A stretch of DNA of 61,958 nt, filler included, from Chiloscyllium plagiosum (taxonomy: Eukaryota): assembly GCF_004010195.1 (NCBI RefSeq). It is 4 parts of one record of this genome, joined end to end, with 100 filler letters (N's around TTAATTAATTAA, not from the genome) between each part and the next. Parts side by side here need not be neighbours in the genome. Positions count along the whole stretch, not along the records: positions 45,942 to 57,747 come from NC_057714.1; positions 57,848 to 61,958 come from NC_057714.1; 2 more parts are not named here. The stretch is one strand, 5' to 3'. Made by a program: the position numbers and the translations under genes. Positions 50,156-61,958 of this stretch are shown here, in pieces. Position 1 is the first letter of the stretch; each line of letters opens with the position of its first letter. The notes under the pieces were generated by a model. That model saw nothing but the letters and a program-made list of their open reading frames with translations, had not been told where the DNA came from and did not search any database.

Positions 50156-51322
50156 CATTTGATATGGGAGACTGGTGAGCAAGGTTAGATCTCATGGACT
50201 ACAAGGAGAACTCACCATTTGGATGCAGAACTGGCTCAAAGGTAGAAGGGTGGAGGTGGAGGTTCTTTTTCAGACTGGAGGCCTGTGACCAGTGGAGTGT
50301 CATAAGAATCGTTGCTGGGTCCTCTACTTTTCATCATTTATATAAATGATTTGGATGGGAGCATAAGAGGTACGGTCAGTAAGTTTGCTGATGACACCAA
50401 AATTGGAGGTGTAGTGGACAGCAAAGAAGGTTACATCAGATTACGAGGGGATCTTGATCACATGGGCCAATGGGCTGAGAAGTGCCAGATGGAGTTTAAT
50501 TTAGATAAATGTGAGTTGCTGCATTTTGGGAAAGCAAATCTTAGCAGGGTTTATACGCTTAATGGTAAGGTCCTAGGGAGTGTTGCTGAACAAAGAGACC
50601 TTGGAGTGCAGGTTCATAGCTCCTTGAAAGTGGAGTCATAAGTAGATCAGATAGTGAAGAAGGTGTTTGGTATGCTTTCCTTTATTGGTCAGAGTATTGA
50701 ATACAGGAGTTGGGAGATCATGTTGAGGCTGTACAGGACATTGGTTAGGCCACTGTTGGAATATTGCGTGCAATTCTGGTCTCCTTCCCATTGGAAAAAT
50801 GTTGTGAAACTTGAAAGGGTTCAGAAAAGATTTACAAGGATGTTGCTAGGGTTGGAGGATTTGAACTATTTGGAGAGGTTGAATAGGCTGGGGCTGTTTT
50901 CCCTGGAGCGTCAGAGGCTGAGGGGTGACCTTATAGAGGTTTACAAAATCAGGAGCGGCATGGATAGGATATATCGATTAAGTCTTTTGCCTGGGGTGGG
51001 GGAGTCCAGAACTAGAGGGCATAGGTTTAGGGTGAGAGGGGAAAGATATAAAAGAGACCTTAGAGGCAATTTTTTCGCTTAGAAGGTAGTATATATATAT
51101 ATATATATATATATATGGAATGAGCTGCCAGAGGAAGTGGTGGAGGCTAGTACAATTGCAACATTTAAAAGGCATCTGGAGGGTATATGAATAGGAAGGG
51201 TTTGGAGGGATATGGACCAAGTGCTGGCAGGTGGGACTAGATTGGGTTGGGATATCTGGTTGAAATGAACGAGTTGGACCGAAGGGTCTGTTTCCATGCT
51301 GTACATCTGTATGACTCTGAGT
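50156..51322 (+). mobile_element. CR1 RT and 3' end
   Basis: LGPLLFIIYIND, SKFADDTK, RLRGDLIEVYKI; internal (AT)n at about 51089-51116; tgactc tail. Confidence 0.9.
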
Positions 51323-52179
51323 CTATAATTGGTTTAAATGTATTTGAAGACTTAGTCTGCACCATTGAAGACTCTGAGAGAAGAAATTCCTCTTTATGCC
51401 AATTTTACATAAGTGGTCCCTTAATCTCAAATATGCCCACAGCAAATGCTTATGTAACGTTAACCGGTTAAACTGTATTGTGTTTCTCCAAGAAGCTGAA
51501 CATTCTGGAAGTGGGTGGGGGTGATAATCTGACTCACAGACAGCATACAGGAATGTGGATGACTGTCCATTGAAATCCACACTTCATTTGGGCAGCCATT
51601 TATTACTGTTCTACTGCTATTATCAAATTAAACTTTCATTCAGTCCCTTCCATTTAGAAATGCTTTCATTGCCATCCCCCAGACAATCAAATTTGTTTGC
51701 TTGATCATCCCCCAATACTGAAGTATATTACACCTACATTGCCGGGGAAGTAGCGGAGTCAGAACTTGTTTGCAGGGCCTCCTGAAGCTAGGACTTATCA
51801 CACCTACATTGACATGGGGAATCATGGAGTGATTGCAAAACAATTCCCCAGGATTAGGGATTTACATTTACATTATCTCCAAGGATGACCTTATCCTACC
51901 ATTGTACCTGGGGTAACATGTGGTTGGAGGGGCAGTGGCCAGAGTACCTGCGAGCATTATCAACTGACCTGTATAAAGGGAATATGTTTCTTTTGTTCGG
52001 GGCCTGTTTTGACTTGACTTCACACATCTGTGAAGAATGTCAAAGGGGGTCACCCAGCTTGTATAGGTTTTAATAAACTTTAACTGTTTGCAGAAGCTGG
52101 TCTGTATGAATTGCATCTCGTGTGTAAACTCGAGAAAACCGAACACTAAGATCCTGTCAGCAATTTCTATGTTCTGAAA

Positions 52180-53150
52180 AGCATATGTTTCAATAAGATC
52201 ACCTCCCACTATTTTAAACACCATTGAGTATAGGCCCAACCTGTTCAAGCATTTCTCAAAACACAATAACTTGTCAACCTAGTAAAATGAATGGCTTCCA
52301 GTGCAACTCCATTCCCCCTTGAATAAGGATGCCAAAGACTTTAGTTGTTGTCTCATTAATGTTCTGAACAGCTGCAGCAAGACTTGCTACATTTATACTC
52401 CATTTCCCTTTGCAAGAAGGACCAATATTTGATTAGTCTTCCTAATTACTTGCTGTACCTGTATGCTGACATCTGACTGACGTACAAGACACACAAGTCC
52501 CTCTGTACCACATAATTCTGTAGTCTGTGTTAAAACAACAACTTTACTGTAAATCAAAGAAATTCACAGCATGAAAGAAGATACTTTGATGCATCATGCT
52601 TGTATCGGCTGACACTTGCCATGCAGCTTAACATAAATCTCCACCTCTTGTTCTGTAACCTTCTAAGTTATGGCTCTTCAGTACATATCCAAGTACTTTT
52701 GAAACATGGATAGAGCTTCTGTCTGTACCACTCTATTATGCAGTGGTTTAGAGTCCCCTCTAATCCTCCTACTTATCCGAAATCTATCCCCCTGCTTTGC
52801 GCCCCTTTGAAATCAGTGGAACAGCCTTCCTATCTCTTCATCATTTTATCATGGTTAGGTGTCCCCTCAACCTTCTCTGGTCAAAACAAAATAATCCTAG
52901 CCCATCCAGACTCATCCTCATAACTGAAGTTCCCTGTCTCGACGGAACCACTGTTAATCTGCGCAGTGCCTTCTCTAACAGATGCACATCTTTCCCATAG
53001 TGCTTTGAGTATACAGTACTCTAGCTGTGGCGTACTTTATGTTTTATCCATCCTCTGAAATCACCCAATTCTTATATCTATATTTCAGCTAAAATATTAT
53101 CCTTAGTTTACAGTTTTCCCCCTTCATTATCAAGCACGCTGCCAATTTTT
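52180..53150 (-). mobile_element. Old CR1 fragments
   Basis: LNRLGLYSM..GDLIETY remnant and further degenerate RT C-terminal sequence. Confidence 0.55.
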
Positions 53151-53155
53151 GTACC

Positions 53156-55010
53156 ATAGAGTCATAGAGATGTACAGCATGGAAACAGAACCTTCGGACT
53201 AACCCGACCATGCCGACCAGATATCCCAGCCCAATCTAGTCCCATCTGCCAGCACCCGGCCCTTATCTCTCCAAACCCTTCCTATTCATGTCCCCATCCA
53301 AATGCCTTTTAAATGTTGCAATTGTACCAGCATCCACTACTTCCTCTGGCAGCTCATTCCACACACGTACCACCCTCTGTGTGAAAAAGTTGCCCCTTAG
53401 GTCTCTTTTATATTTTACCCCTCTCACCCTAAATCTCTGCCCTCTAGTTCTGGACTCCCCCACCCTAGGGAAAAGATTTTGTCTATTTATCCTATTCATG
53501 CCCCTCATAATTTTGTAAACCACTATAAGGTCACCCCTCAACCTCTGACGCTACAGTGAAAACAGACCTGGCCTGTTCAGCCTCTCCCAATAGTTCAAAT
53601 CCTCCAACCCTGGCAATATCCTTGTACATCTTTTCTGAACCCTTTTAGGTTTCACAACATTTTTCCAATAGGAAGGAGACCAGAATTGCATGCAATATTC
53701 CAACAGTGGCCTAACCAATATCCTGTACAGCTGCAACATGACCTCCCAACTCCTGTACTCAATACTCTGACCAATAAAAGAACGCATACCAAACGCATAC
53801 CTTCACTATCCTACCTACCTGTGACTCCACTTTCAAGGAGCTAAGAACCTGCATTCCAAGGTCTCTTTGTTCAGCAACACTCCATAGGACCTTACCATTA
53901 AGTGTATAAGCCCTGCTAAATTTGCTTTCCCAAAATGCAGCACCTCGCATTTATCTGAATTGAACTCCATCTGCCACTTCTCAGCCCATTGGCCCATCGG
54001 CTCAAGATCCTGTTGTAATCTGAGGTAACCTTTTTTGCTGTCCACTACACCTCCAATTTTGGTGTCATCAGCAAACTTACTAACTGTACGTCTTATGCTC
54101 ACATCCAAATCATTTATGTATATGACAAAAAGTTGTGGCCCCAGCACCGATTCTTGGTCACAGGCCTCCAGTCTGAAACACAACACTCCACCACCACCCT
54201 CGGTCTGCTATCTCTGAGCCAGTTCTGTATCCAAATGGCTAGTTCTCCCTGTGTTCCATGAGATCTAACCAGTCTCCCATGGGGAACCTTGTTGAACACC
54301 TTATTGAAGTCCATATAGATCACATCTACTGCTCTGCCCTCATCAATCCTCTTTGTACTTCTTCAAAAAGCTCAATCAAGTTTGTGAGACATGATTTCCC
54401 ACGCATAAAGCCATGTTGACTATCCCTAATTAGTCCTTGCCTTTCCAAATACATGTACGTCCTGTCCTCAGGACTCCCTCCAACAACTTGCCCACCACCG
54501 ACGTCAGGCTCACTGGTCTATACTTCCCTGGCTTGTCCTTACCACCCTTCTTAAACAGTGGCACCACGTTAACCAACCTCCAGTCTTCCGGCACCTCACC
54601 TGTGACTATCAATGATACAAATATCTCAGCAAGAGGCCCAGCAATCACTTCCCTAGCTTCCCACAGAGTTCTATGGAACACCTGATCAGGTCCTGGGGAC
54701 TTATCCACTTTTATGCATTTCAAGACATCAGCACTTCCTCCTCTGTAAAATGGACATTTTTCAAGATGTCACCATCTATTTCCCTACTTTTCCACACTAA
54801 ATACTGATGAAAAAACCTTGTTTAGTATCTGCCCCATGTCCTGCGGCTGCACACAAAAGCTGCCTTGCTTTTGAAAGTTCTTGCCTAATACCATCAAAAT
54901 TGGCCTTCCTCCAAGTTGGAACTTCAACTTTTAGATCTGGTCTATCATTTTCCATCACTATTTTAAAACTATTAGAATTATGGTCGCTGGCCCCAAAGTG
55001 CTCCCCCACT
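53156..55010 (-). mobile_element. CR1 ORF2 (EN end, internal deletion, RT, 3' UTR)
   Basis: GASDHNS, KSPGPDQ, YRPVSLTSVVG, SKFADDTK, RVWNELP; (catagagt)n tail. Confidence 0.9.
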
Positions 55011-55307
55011 GACTTTAGTGGAGTCTCAAGTAGGCTTCAGGACAAGATCATATCAGCCAAGATCCTAATGGATGAGAGAGCAGAATTGAAGTGACCATAC
55101 TCTGAAACCTGTCTTTTCCATCCCAAATCTTGTCCATCATCAGTGACTTCTGTTTCTTTTTTTTGTTTTGCTTCTCAATAGGGATTTGAAAAATAATTGC
55201 ATCATCGTCCAGGTCAATATAAAGAACTTTTAGTTGTAAGTCGAACATTCTTAAATCAGGGACCTCCTCTGATTATAATTATTTAACTATAGTCTATCTA
55301 TCTTAAT

Positions 55308-55460
55308 CACTAGGCAAACGTGAGGACTGCAGATGCTGAAGATTAGAGTCAAGATTAGAGTGGTGCTGGAAAAGCACAGCAGGTCAGGCAGCATCCGAGG
55401 AGCAGGAAAATCGACGTTTCGGGCAGCAGCCCTTCATCCGGAATCCAATCTCAATGCGTC
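55308..55460 (-). mobile_element. Solo Penelope pLTR end with 10-bp TSD
   Basis: ctatcttaat at 55298-55307 and 55461-55470; hammerhead core mutated (CGGATGA). Confidence 0.75.
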
Positions 55461-55835
55461 CTATCTTAATTGCTACGTTATCCCTTAATATCATTAGTTA
55501 AAAATTACTTATCACCAGGTTGCACACCAGAATACATTGCGTAAACTGCTTCCACATTGGGCTGATCCAAGTGATTGTAACTTATCAATAAATGCGAAAT
55601 ACTGGTGGATGCTGGAAACTTGCATTAAAAACAAAGAAGCCGAAAGAAACTCAGGAGGTCTGGCAAAAAGAGACAGGGGTTGGTTAGCTAGTTGCCTGGA
55701 CTGTGGTTTGCAATGCAGAGTGATGCCAGTGAATTTAATTCCCACACCAGCTGAAGTTACCATAAGAGACTCACTCAAGTTAAAGTTAAAAACCACACAA
55801 CACCAGGTTATAGTCCAACAGGTTTATTGGAAGTA

Positions 55836-56008
55836 CAGAGAAACCTCATTATCTGGCATTTGATTATCCAAATATCGGATTATCCGGCAGGATCGCAAGG
55901 TCCCAATGCTCGGCTAAACTATATTATCTGGCATTCCATTATCCGGAATTCAATTAACTTAACAAAATATTGCCCGCCCATGTCCTTCGGATAATCAAGG
56001 TTCCTCTG
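55836..56008. mobile_element. Tigger/pogo-like MITE inserted in a Penelope pLTR
   Basis: TA duplication; cagagaaacctc-attatc / gataatcaaggttcctctg TIRs; host ggaagTActagctttcgg restored on removal. Confidence 0.8.
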
Positions 56009-56112
56009 TACTAGCTTTCGGAGCGCTGCTCCTGCATCGATGTTTGTAGGTCGACTTGAGTGGGCTCGTGATCTGTAATCCTTTTGGGATCTTTCCTGCA
56101 TTTCTGCATTAA

Positions 56113-56549
56113 CCTTTCCCCTCTCACCTTAAACCTATGCCCTCTAATTCTGGACTCTCCGGCCCCAGACAAAGACTTTGTCTATTTATCCTATCCATGC
56201 CCCTCATGATTAGGATAAATAGACAAAGTCTTTTCCCTGGAGTTGGGGAGTCCAAACTAGAGGGCATAGGTTTATGGTGAGAGGGGAAAGATAATAATAG
56301 GGGCCTACGGGGCAACTTTTTCACACAGAGGGTGGTACGTGTATAGAATGAGCTGGTAGCGAAAGTGGTGGTGGCTGGTACAATTGCAACATTTAAGAGG
56401 CATTTGGATGGGTATATGAATAGGAAGGGTTTGGAGGGATATGGGCTGGGTTCTGGCAGATGGAACTATATTGGGTTGGGATATCTGGTCGGCATGGACG
56501 TGTTGGACTGAAGGGCCCGTTTGCATGCTGTACATCTCTATGACTCTAT
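56113..56549 (+). mobile_element. CR1 3' end with inverted 5' segment
   Basis: 56113-56192 is the reverse complement of about 56211-56291; normal 3' UTR and tail follow. Confidence 0.85.
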
Positions 56550-56715
56550 ATCCACAATCTTCTTGGAGATCTGCTCTACTTTGAGCAGGCAGTTTGTGGT
56601 GTTGATGGGAGCCATTGACACAGCTACTTTATGAAGGAACAGCGCACCAAAAGCCAGTACTTCCAATTAAACCTGTTGGACTATAATCTGATGTTGCTGG
56701 AAAAGCACAGCGGTC

Positions 56716-56750
56716 ATTCCTGATGAAGGGCTCCGGCCCGAAACGTCAAT
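56716..56750 (+). ncRNA. Minimal hammerhead motif in pLTR fragment
   Basis: CUGAUGA-A-GGGC uccg GCCC-GAAAC-GUC; stem I weak. Confidence 0.55.
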
Positions 56751-56886
56751 TTTCCCGCTCCTCGGATGCTGCCTGACCTGTTGATTTTTAACTCCAACAC
56801 CAGCACCTAACGGCACTCAAGTACACCTCCAACCATCTCTCTCTCTAATGATTCAGCTTTTGTTTGTATTTTTAGAGAGAAACAAG

Positions 56887-56925
56887 AGTTAACGTTTCGA
56901 GTCCGATAATGACTTCTTCAGAACT
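56887..56925 (-). ncRNA. Minimal hammerhead motif in pLTR fragment
   Basis: AGUU-CUGAAGA-AGUC auuaucg GACU-C-GAAAC-GUU-AACU. Confidence 0.5.
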
Positions 56926-56939
56926 TATAACTGTAAATA

Positions 56940-57500
56940 AGGGCCGCAACCGCGAGAGCAGATGGAAACTCGATAACACGTCATATGCACGTTGCGACGG
57001 CCAATGGGACGCAGTGGGACGTCAGCGAAAGGTGGAGGCAGCCGGAAGAAAGATCGGCGGTGAGGAAGGAGATATCTGCTTCATACCGCGGAACTGAGGA
57101 CAACTATCGGCGAAGCGGGCTGCTTTAGGGCCACCAACGGGATTGGATACACGATCAGAACGCGGCGACTGCGAATTCGATACAAACTTGTCTCAACGTT
57201 CGATTCGAACACAGGGCAACATTCGAGCTCAGTGCGCAAGCGCCTATCTCCCGGACCACGCTCGAACCACTGCCCATTGATTGGGCCGGCTCATCGGAAG
57301 ATCGCTGAAGGCAGCCCGCGGGTTGGTGGCTTTCGCGTGGATTGATGTTGCGGGCGGCTCTTGTTGCTCATGTGCGGCAGATCGGCGGCTTGTTGTCACA
57401 GCGAGCACCTCAGGACCGAGCATTTGTGGTTCTGCGCTCGCGCTTCGGGTAAGTGGCAGCTAGTGCAGCCTCTCCAGTAACTCAACTCGGTTCGCTTTCA
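56940..57500. promoter_or_regulatory. CpG-island promoter
   Basis: Non-repeat CpG-dense stretch with CCAAT (57001), ATTGG (57142, 57280), GACGTCA (57018), CCGGAAG (57042), NRF1-like TGCGCAAGCGC (57233). Confidence 0.8.
57345..57448 (+). CDS. Probable first coding exon of a nuclear-encoded mitochondrial protein (presequence-like)
   Basis: ATG-initiated MLRAALVAHVRQIGGLLSQRAPQDRAFVVLRSRF(G), Arg/Leu/Ala-rich with one acidic residue, ending at consensus donor GG|GTAAGT, phase 2. Confidence 0.65.
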
Positions 57501-58555
57501 AGTCCCTAAAAGTAAGCAGAGTAATTTCTTGTCCATCTCCTTTCTATGAAAGGAATAATTATGGGTCTCTCACTAGCTTTGCGGGTTTGAGTTGCCGAAA
57601 ATGCACGGACTGTAATTTGAATCGTTGGAGTATAGTGTTTGGAAGTACATCTTGTATTTGTTCCATGGACAAACACAAGATGTACTCCCCCCGCCCCCTT
57701 CTCCACCCCTCTGTCCCCCCTCTCGCCCACCCCTCTCGCCCACCCCTNNNNNNNNNNNNNNNNNNNNNNNNNNNNNNNNNNNNNNNNNNNNTTAATTAAT
57801 TAANNNNNNNNNNNNNNNNNNNNNNNNNNNNNNNNNNNNNNNNNNNNCTCCTGTTCCCTGGATGCTGCCTGACCTGCTGTGCTGTTCCAGCAATAAAGTT
57901 TCAACTTTGATCTCCAGCATCTGCAGACCTCACTTTCTCCTCGAAGATATCTTTGTGGCCTCCTTAAACACAGGTGAGGTGCCAGAGGANNNNNNNNNNN
58001 NNNNNNNNNNNNNNNNNNNNNNNNNNNNNNNNNNNNNNNNNNNNNNNNNNNNNNNNNNNNNNNNNNNNNNNNNNNNNNNNNNNNNNNNNNNNNNNNNNNN
58101 NNNNNNNNNNNNNNNNNNNNNNNNNNNNNNNNNNNNNNNNNNNNNNNNNNNNNNNNNNNNNNNNNNNNNNNNNNNNNNNNNNNNNNNNNNNNNNNNNNNN
58201 NNNNNNNNNNNNNNNNNNNNNNNNNNNNNNNNNNNNNNNNNNNNNNNNNNNNNNNNNNNNNNNNNNNNNNNNNNNNNNNNNNNNNNNNNNNNNNNNNNNN
58301 NNNNNNNNNNNNNNNNNNNNNNNNNNNNNNNNNNNNNNNNNNNNNNNNNNNNNNNNNNNNNNNNNNNNNNNNNNNNNNNNNNNNNNNNNNNNNNNNNNNN
58401 NNNNNNNNNNNNNNNNNNNNNNNNNNNNNNNNNNNNNNNNNNNNNNNNNNNNNNNNNNNNNNNNNNNNNNNNNNNNNNNNNNNNNNNNNATCTCAGGCAG
58501 CGTCCATAGAGAGAGAGAGAAATCTAACATTTCGAGTCGAGGTGACTCTTCATCT

Positions 58556-59637
58556 TGGGGCTTGGATTGGTGCCTGGGAGTATGACATTATAGCAATCAC
58601 AGGGACTTGGTTGAAGGAAGGGCATAATTGGCAACTAAATGCTCTAGCATATAGATGCTTCAGACAGGACAGGGAGGGAAGTAAAAGGCGGGGTGGGTGG
58701 GGGGGGAGGGGGATGGGAGGAGGGAAGGAATTGCATTGCTGGTCAGGGATGGTATCACGGCCGTGTTAATGGAGGTCACTATGGAGGGCTTGAGCAGTGA
58801 GGCATTAAGGGTAGAGCTGAGAAATAAAAAGGGTGCAGTTAGACTGTTGGGGCTTTACTAAAGACCTCCCAACAGTGAGCATGAGGTAGAAGAACAAATA
58901 GGTAAACTGATTGTGGAAAGATGTAGAGGCAATAGGGTGGTGGTGATGGGAGATTTTAATTTCCCCAACACTGACTGGGATACACCGCGTCAGATGGGGC
59001 AGAATTTGTAAGAAGAGTCCAGGAAAGTTTTTGAGAGCAGTATGTCAATAGTCCAACTACGGAAGGGGTGATATTAGACCTGGTTTTGGGGAATAAGCCA
59101 GATCAGTTGGTAGAAGTTTGTGAGGAATTTCTTTGGGAATAGTGACCACAATTCTGTAAATTTTAGAATACTCGTAGACTAGGATGAGAGTGATCCTAAG
59201 GGAAGAGTACAAAACTGGGCCAAGACCAATTATCTCAAAATCCGGCAGGAGTTGGGAAATGAGGATTGGGGGCAGATATTTGAAGGGAAGTCCACATTTT
59301 ATAATGTGGGAGGCTTTCAAAGATAGTGCAGAGTCGGCAAGTCCCTTTGAAAACAAAGCAAGATTTGTGAACCGTGGATGGCAGGAGAAATTGTGCGACT
59401 AGCCAAGAGGAAAAGAGAAGCGTACATAAGATCCAGGTAGCTTAGAACAGAACGGGCCCTGGAGGAATATCGGGACAGTAGGACCAATCAAACAAGGAAT
59501 CAAGCGGGCTAAAAGGGGTCATGAAATAACTTTAGTAAGCAGAATAAAGGAAAAGCCCAGGCCTTCTTTTGATATATAAGAAGCAAGAGGATAACTAGAG
59601 AAAGGATTGGTCCACAAAAGGATAAGGAAGGAAGGTT
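58556..59637 (+). mobile_element. CR1 ORF2 endonuclease and linker (degenerate); continues at 60683-60924
   Basis: YDIIAITGTWL, VMGDFNFP, GNSDHNSV; later KSPGLDGIYSRLLKE. Confidence 0.85.
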
Positions 59638-60300
59638 GTCATAGAGATGTACAGCATGGAAACAGACCCTTCGGTCCAACCCATCCATGCTGACCAGATA
59701 TCCCAACCCAATTTAGTCCCACCTGCCAGCACCCAACCCATATCCCTCCAAACCCTTCCTATTCATATACTCATCCAAATGCCTTGTAAATGTTGCAGTT
59801 GTACCAGCCTCCACCACTTCCTCTAGCAGCTCATTCCATACACTGACCACCCTCTGTGTGAAAAAGTTGCCCCTTAGGTTTCTTTTATATCTTTCCCTAC
59901 TCACCCTAAACCCATGCCCTCTAGTTCTGGACTCCCTGACCCCAGGGAAAAGACTTTGTCTATTTATCCTATCCATGCCCCTCATTATTTTGTAAACCTT
60001 CAAAAGGTCACCCCTCAGCCTCCGACGCTCCAGGGAAAACAGCCCCAGCCTGTTCAGCCTCTCCCTATAGCTCAAATCCTCCAACCCTGGCAACATCCTT
60101 GTAAATCTTTTCTGAACCGTTTCAAGTTTTACAACATCATTCCGATAGGAAGGAGACCAGAATTGCACCCAATATTCCAACAGTGGCCTAACCAATGTCC
60201 TGTACAGCCGTAACATGACCTCCCACCTCCTGTACTCAATACTCTGACCAATAAAAGAAAGCATACCAAATGCCTTCTTCACTATCCTATCTACCTGCGA
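59638..60300 (-). mobile_element. Young CR1 3' end nested in the previous CR1
   Basis: ORF 59713..60282 KAFGMLSFIG..RRLRGDL..WNEL..GRWD. Confidence 0.9.
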
Positions 60301-60916
60301 TTAGCAGAGAAATACGTTACTGCTCTGACTAGATCTTTAAGAAAATTTTCACAACATATTTAATGCTTTTGTCCCCCATCTCTCTCACTTTGATACAACA
60401 TGCAACTAGACTGAATTAGATGGTAATGCAATCAGGGGAAATCAACCTGCAAGTGTAAATTTATTCTGGTTATTAAAATTGAACAGTGAACAATGAATAC
60501 AGGCTTAATCCAATTGGTAAAAACGTTATTACTTTGGTCCCTTTTGTTTCATCAGCCATTTTAGTAATGATTCTGTTATTCCCATTTACACCACACATCC
60601 ACCTAACGTTTGTTTCTTTGCTTGTCCATTATAATCTCCTTTTGCTTGCATCATCATCTTTGTTGTCATTTAATCTCTCCTGAAACTGGAGAAAATGGGT
60701 GAGATTCTCAATGATTAGTTTGCATCCGTTTTCACTGAGGACAGCGACATGATGAATATAGAGATTAGAGATAGAAGTTTGTTTACTCAGGATCACATTG
60801 AGGGAGAATGTGTTGGGTAGGCGAAAGGATATTAAGGTGGATAAATCCCCAGGACTGGATGGAATCTATTCCAGGTTGCTAAAGGAGGTGAGAGAGGAAA
60901 TAGCTGGGGCCCTGAC

Positions 60917-61958
60917 AGATATCTACTACAAACCTACCGACTCCCACAGCTACCTGGACTACACCTCCTCCCATCCTGCCCCCTGTAAAAACGCCATCCC
61001 ATTCTCACAATTCCTTCGTCTCCGCCGCATCTGCTCCCAGGAGGACCAGTACAAAATACGTACAACACAGATGGCCACCTTCTTCAAGGACCGCAATTTC
61101 CCCCCCCGACGTGGTCGACGGTGCCCTCCACCGCATCTCCTCCACCTCCCGCTCCTCCGCCCTTGAGCCCCGCCCCTCCAACCGCCACCAGGACAGAACC
61201 CCACTGGTCCTCACCTACCACCCCACCAATCTCCATGTACAGCGCATCATCCGCCGTCACTTCCGCCACCTCCAAACAGACCCCAGCACCAAGGATATAT
61301 TCCCCTCCCCTCCCCTATCAGCTTTCCGTAGAGACCACTCCCTCCGCGACTCCCTTGTCAGATCCACACCCCCCACCGACCCAACCACCACTCCCGACAC
61401 CTTCCCTTGCAACCGCAGGAGGTGCAACACTTGCGCCCACACCTCCCCCCTCACTTCTCTCCAAGGCCCCAAGGGAAACTTCCATATCCGCCACAGATTC
61501 ACCTGCACCTCCACCCACATCATCTACTGCATCCGCTGCAGCCGGTGTGGCCTCCTCTATATTGGGGAGACAGGCCGCCTACTTGCGGAGCGATTCAGAG
61601 AGCACCTCTGGGCCACCCGGACGAACCAACCCAACCACCCTGTAGCACAGCATTTCAACTCCCCCTCCCACTCCACCAAGGATATGCAGGTCATTGACTC
61701 ATCCACCGCCAAACCACAACAACCCGACGGTCGGAGGAGGAGCATCTTATCTTCCGACTGGGAACCCTCCAACCACAGGGGATGAACTTGGACTTCAACA
61801 GTTTCTTCACCCCCCCTCCCCCCACCTTGTCTCAGCCAAATCCCTCCAGCCCGGCACCGCCTTCCTGACCTGCAGTCTTCTTCTTGACCTCTCCGCCTCC
61901 ATCCTACTCCGACCTATCACCCTCACCTTGACCTCTTTCCACCTATCACATTCCCAAC
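60917..61958 (+). mobile_element. Young Penelope-like element: RT C-terminus, Cys linker and GIY-YIG endonuclease
   Basis: YKPTDSHSYLDY; CNRRRCNTC; IIYCIRCSRCGLLYIGETGRLLAERFREH; near-identical to 4394-5886 where they overlap. Confidence 0.92.

Noticed and set aside
51089..51116. (AT)n run inside CR1 (also 18940-18972 and (CA)n at 28910-28928)
   Set aside because: Ordinary microsatellites
55048..55248. Minus-strand ORF MFDLQLKVLYIDLDDD.. as a divergent gene exon
   Set aside because: Weak splice sites, Lys run derives from a T tract, no recognisable homology

Overview
Eukaryotic genomic DNA, inferred from its repeat families to be a cartilaginous fish (probably a carpet/bamboo-type shark). 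The window is dominated by nested transposable elements: CR1-clade LINEs (two with 5' ends and esterase-type ORF1), Penelope-like elements (RT + GIY-YIG) and their short terminal derivatives carrying minimal hammerhead-ribozyme motifs, a CpG-rich Tx1-type L1-clade LINE (45.9-50.2 kb), Rex1/Babar and L2 fragments, tRNA-derived V-SINE (HE1-like) and Deu-type SINEs, two Tigger/pogo-like MITEs, a solo LTR and decayed Gypsy gag relics. The only well-supported host-gene signal is a CpG-island promoter at about 56.9-57.5 kb with a probable first coding exon (57345-57448) resembling a mitochondrial presequence; the gene cannot be named. There are five N gaps, three with an artificial TTAATTAATTAA spacer. 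Most ORFs in the supplied track are TE fragments or noise. Family names come from motif recognition, not database searches, and boundaries of old repeats are approximate.
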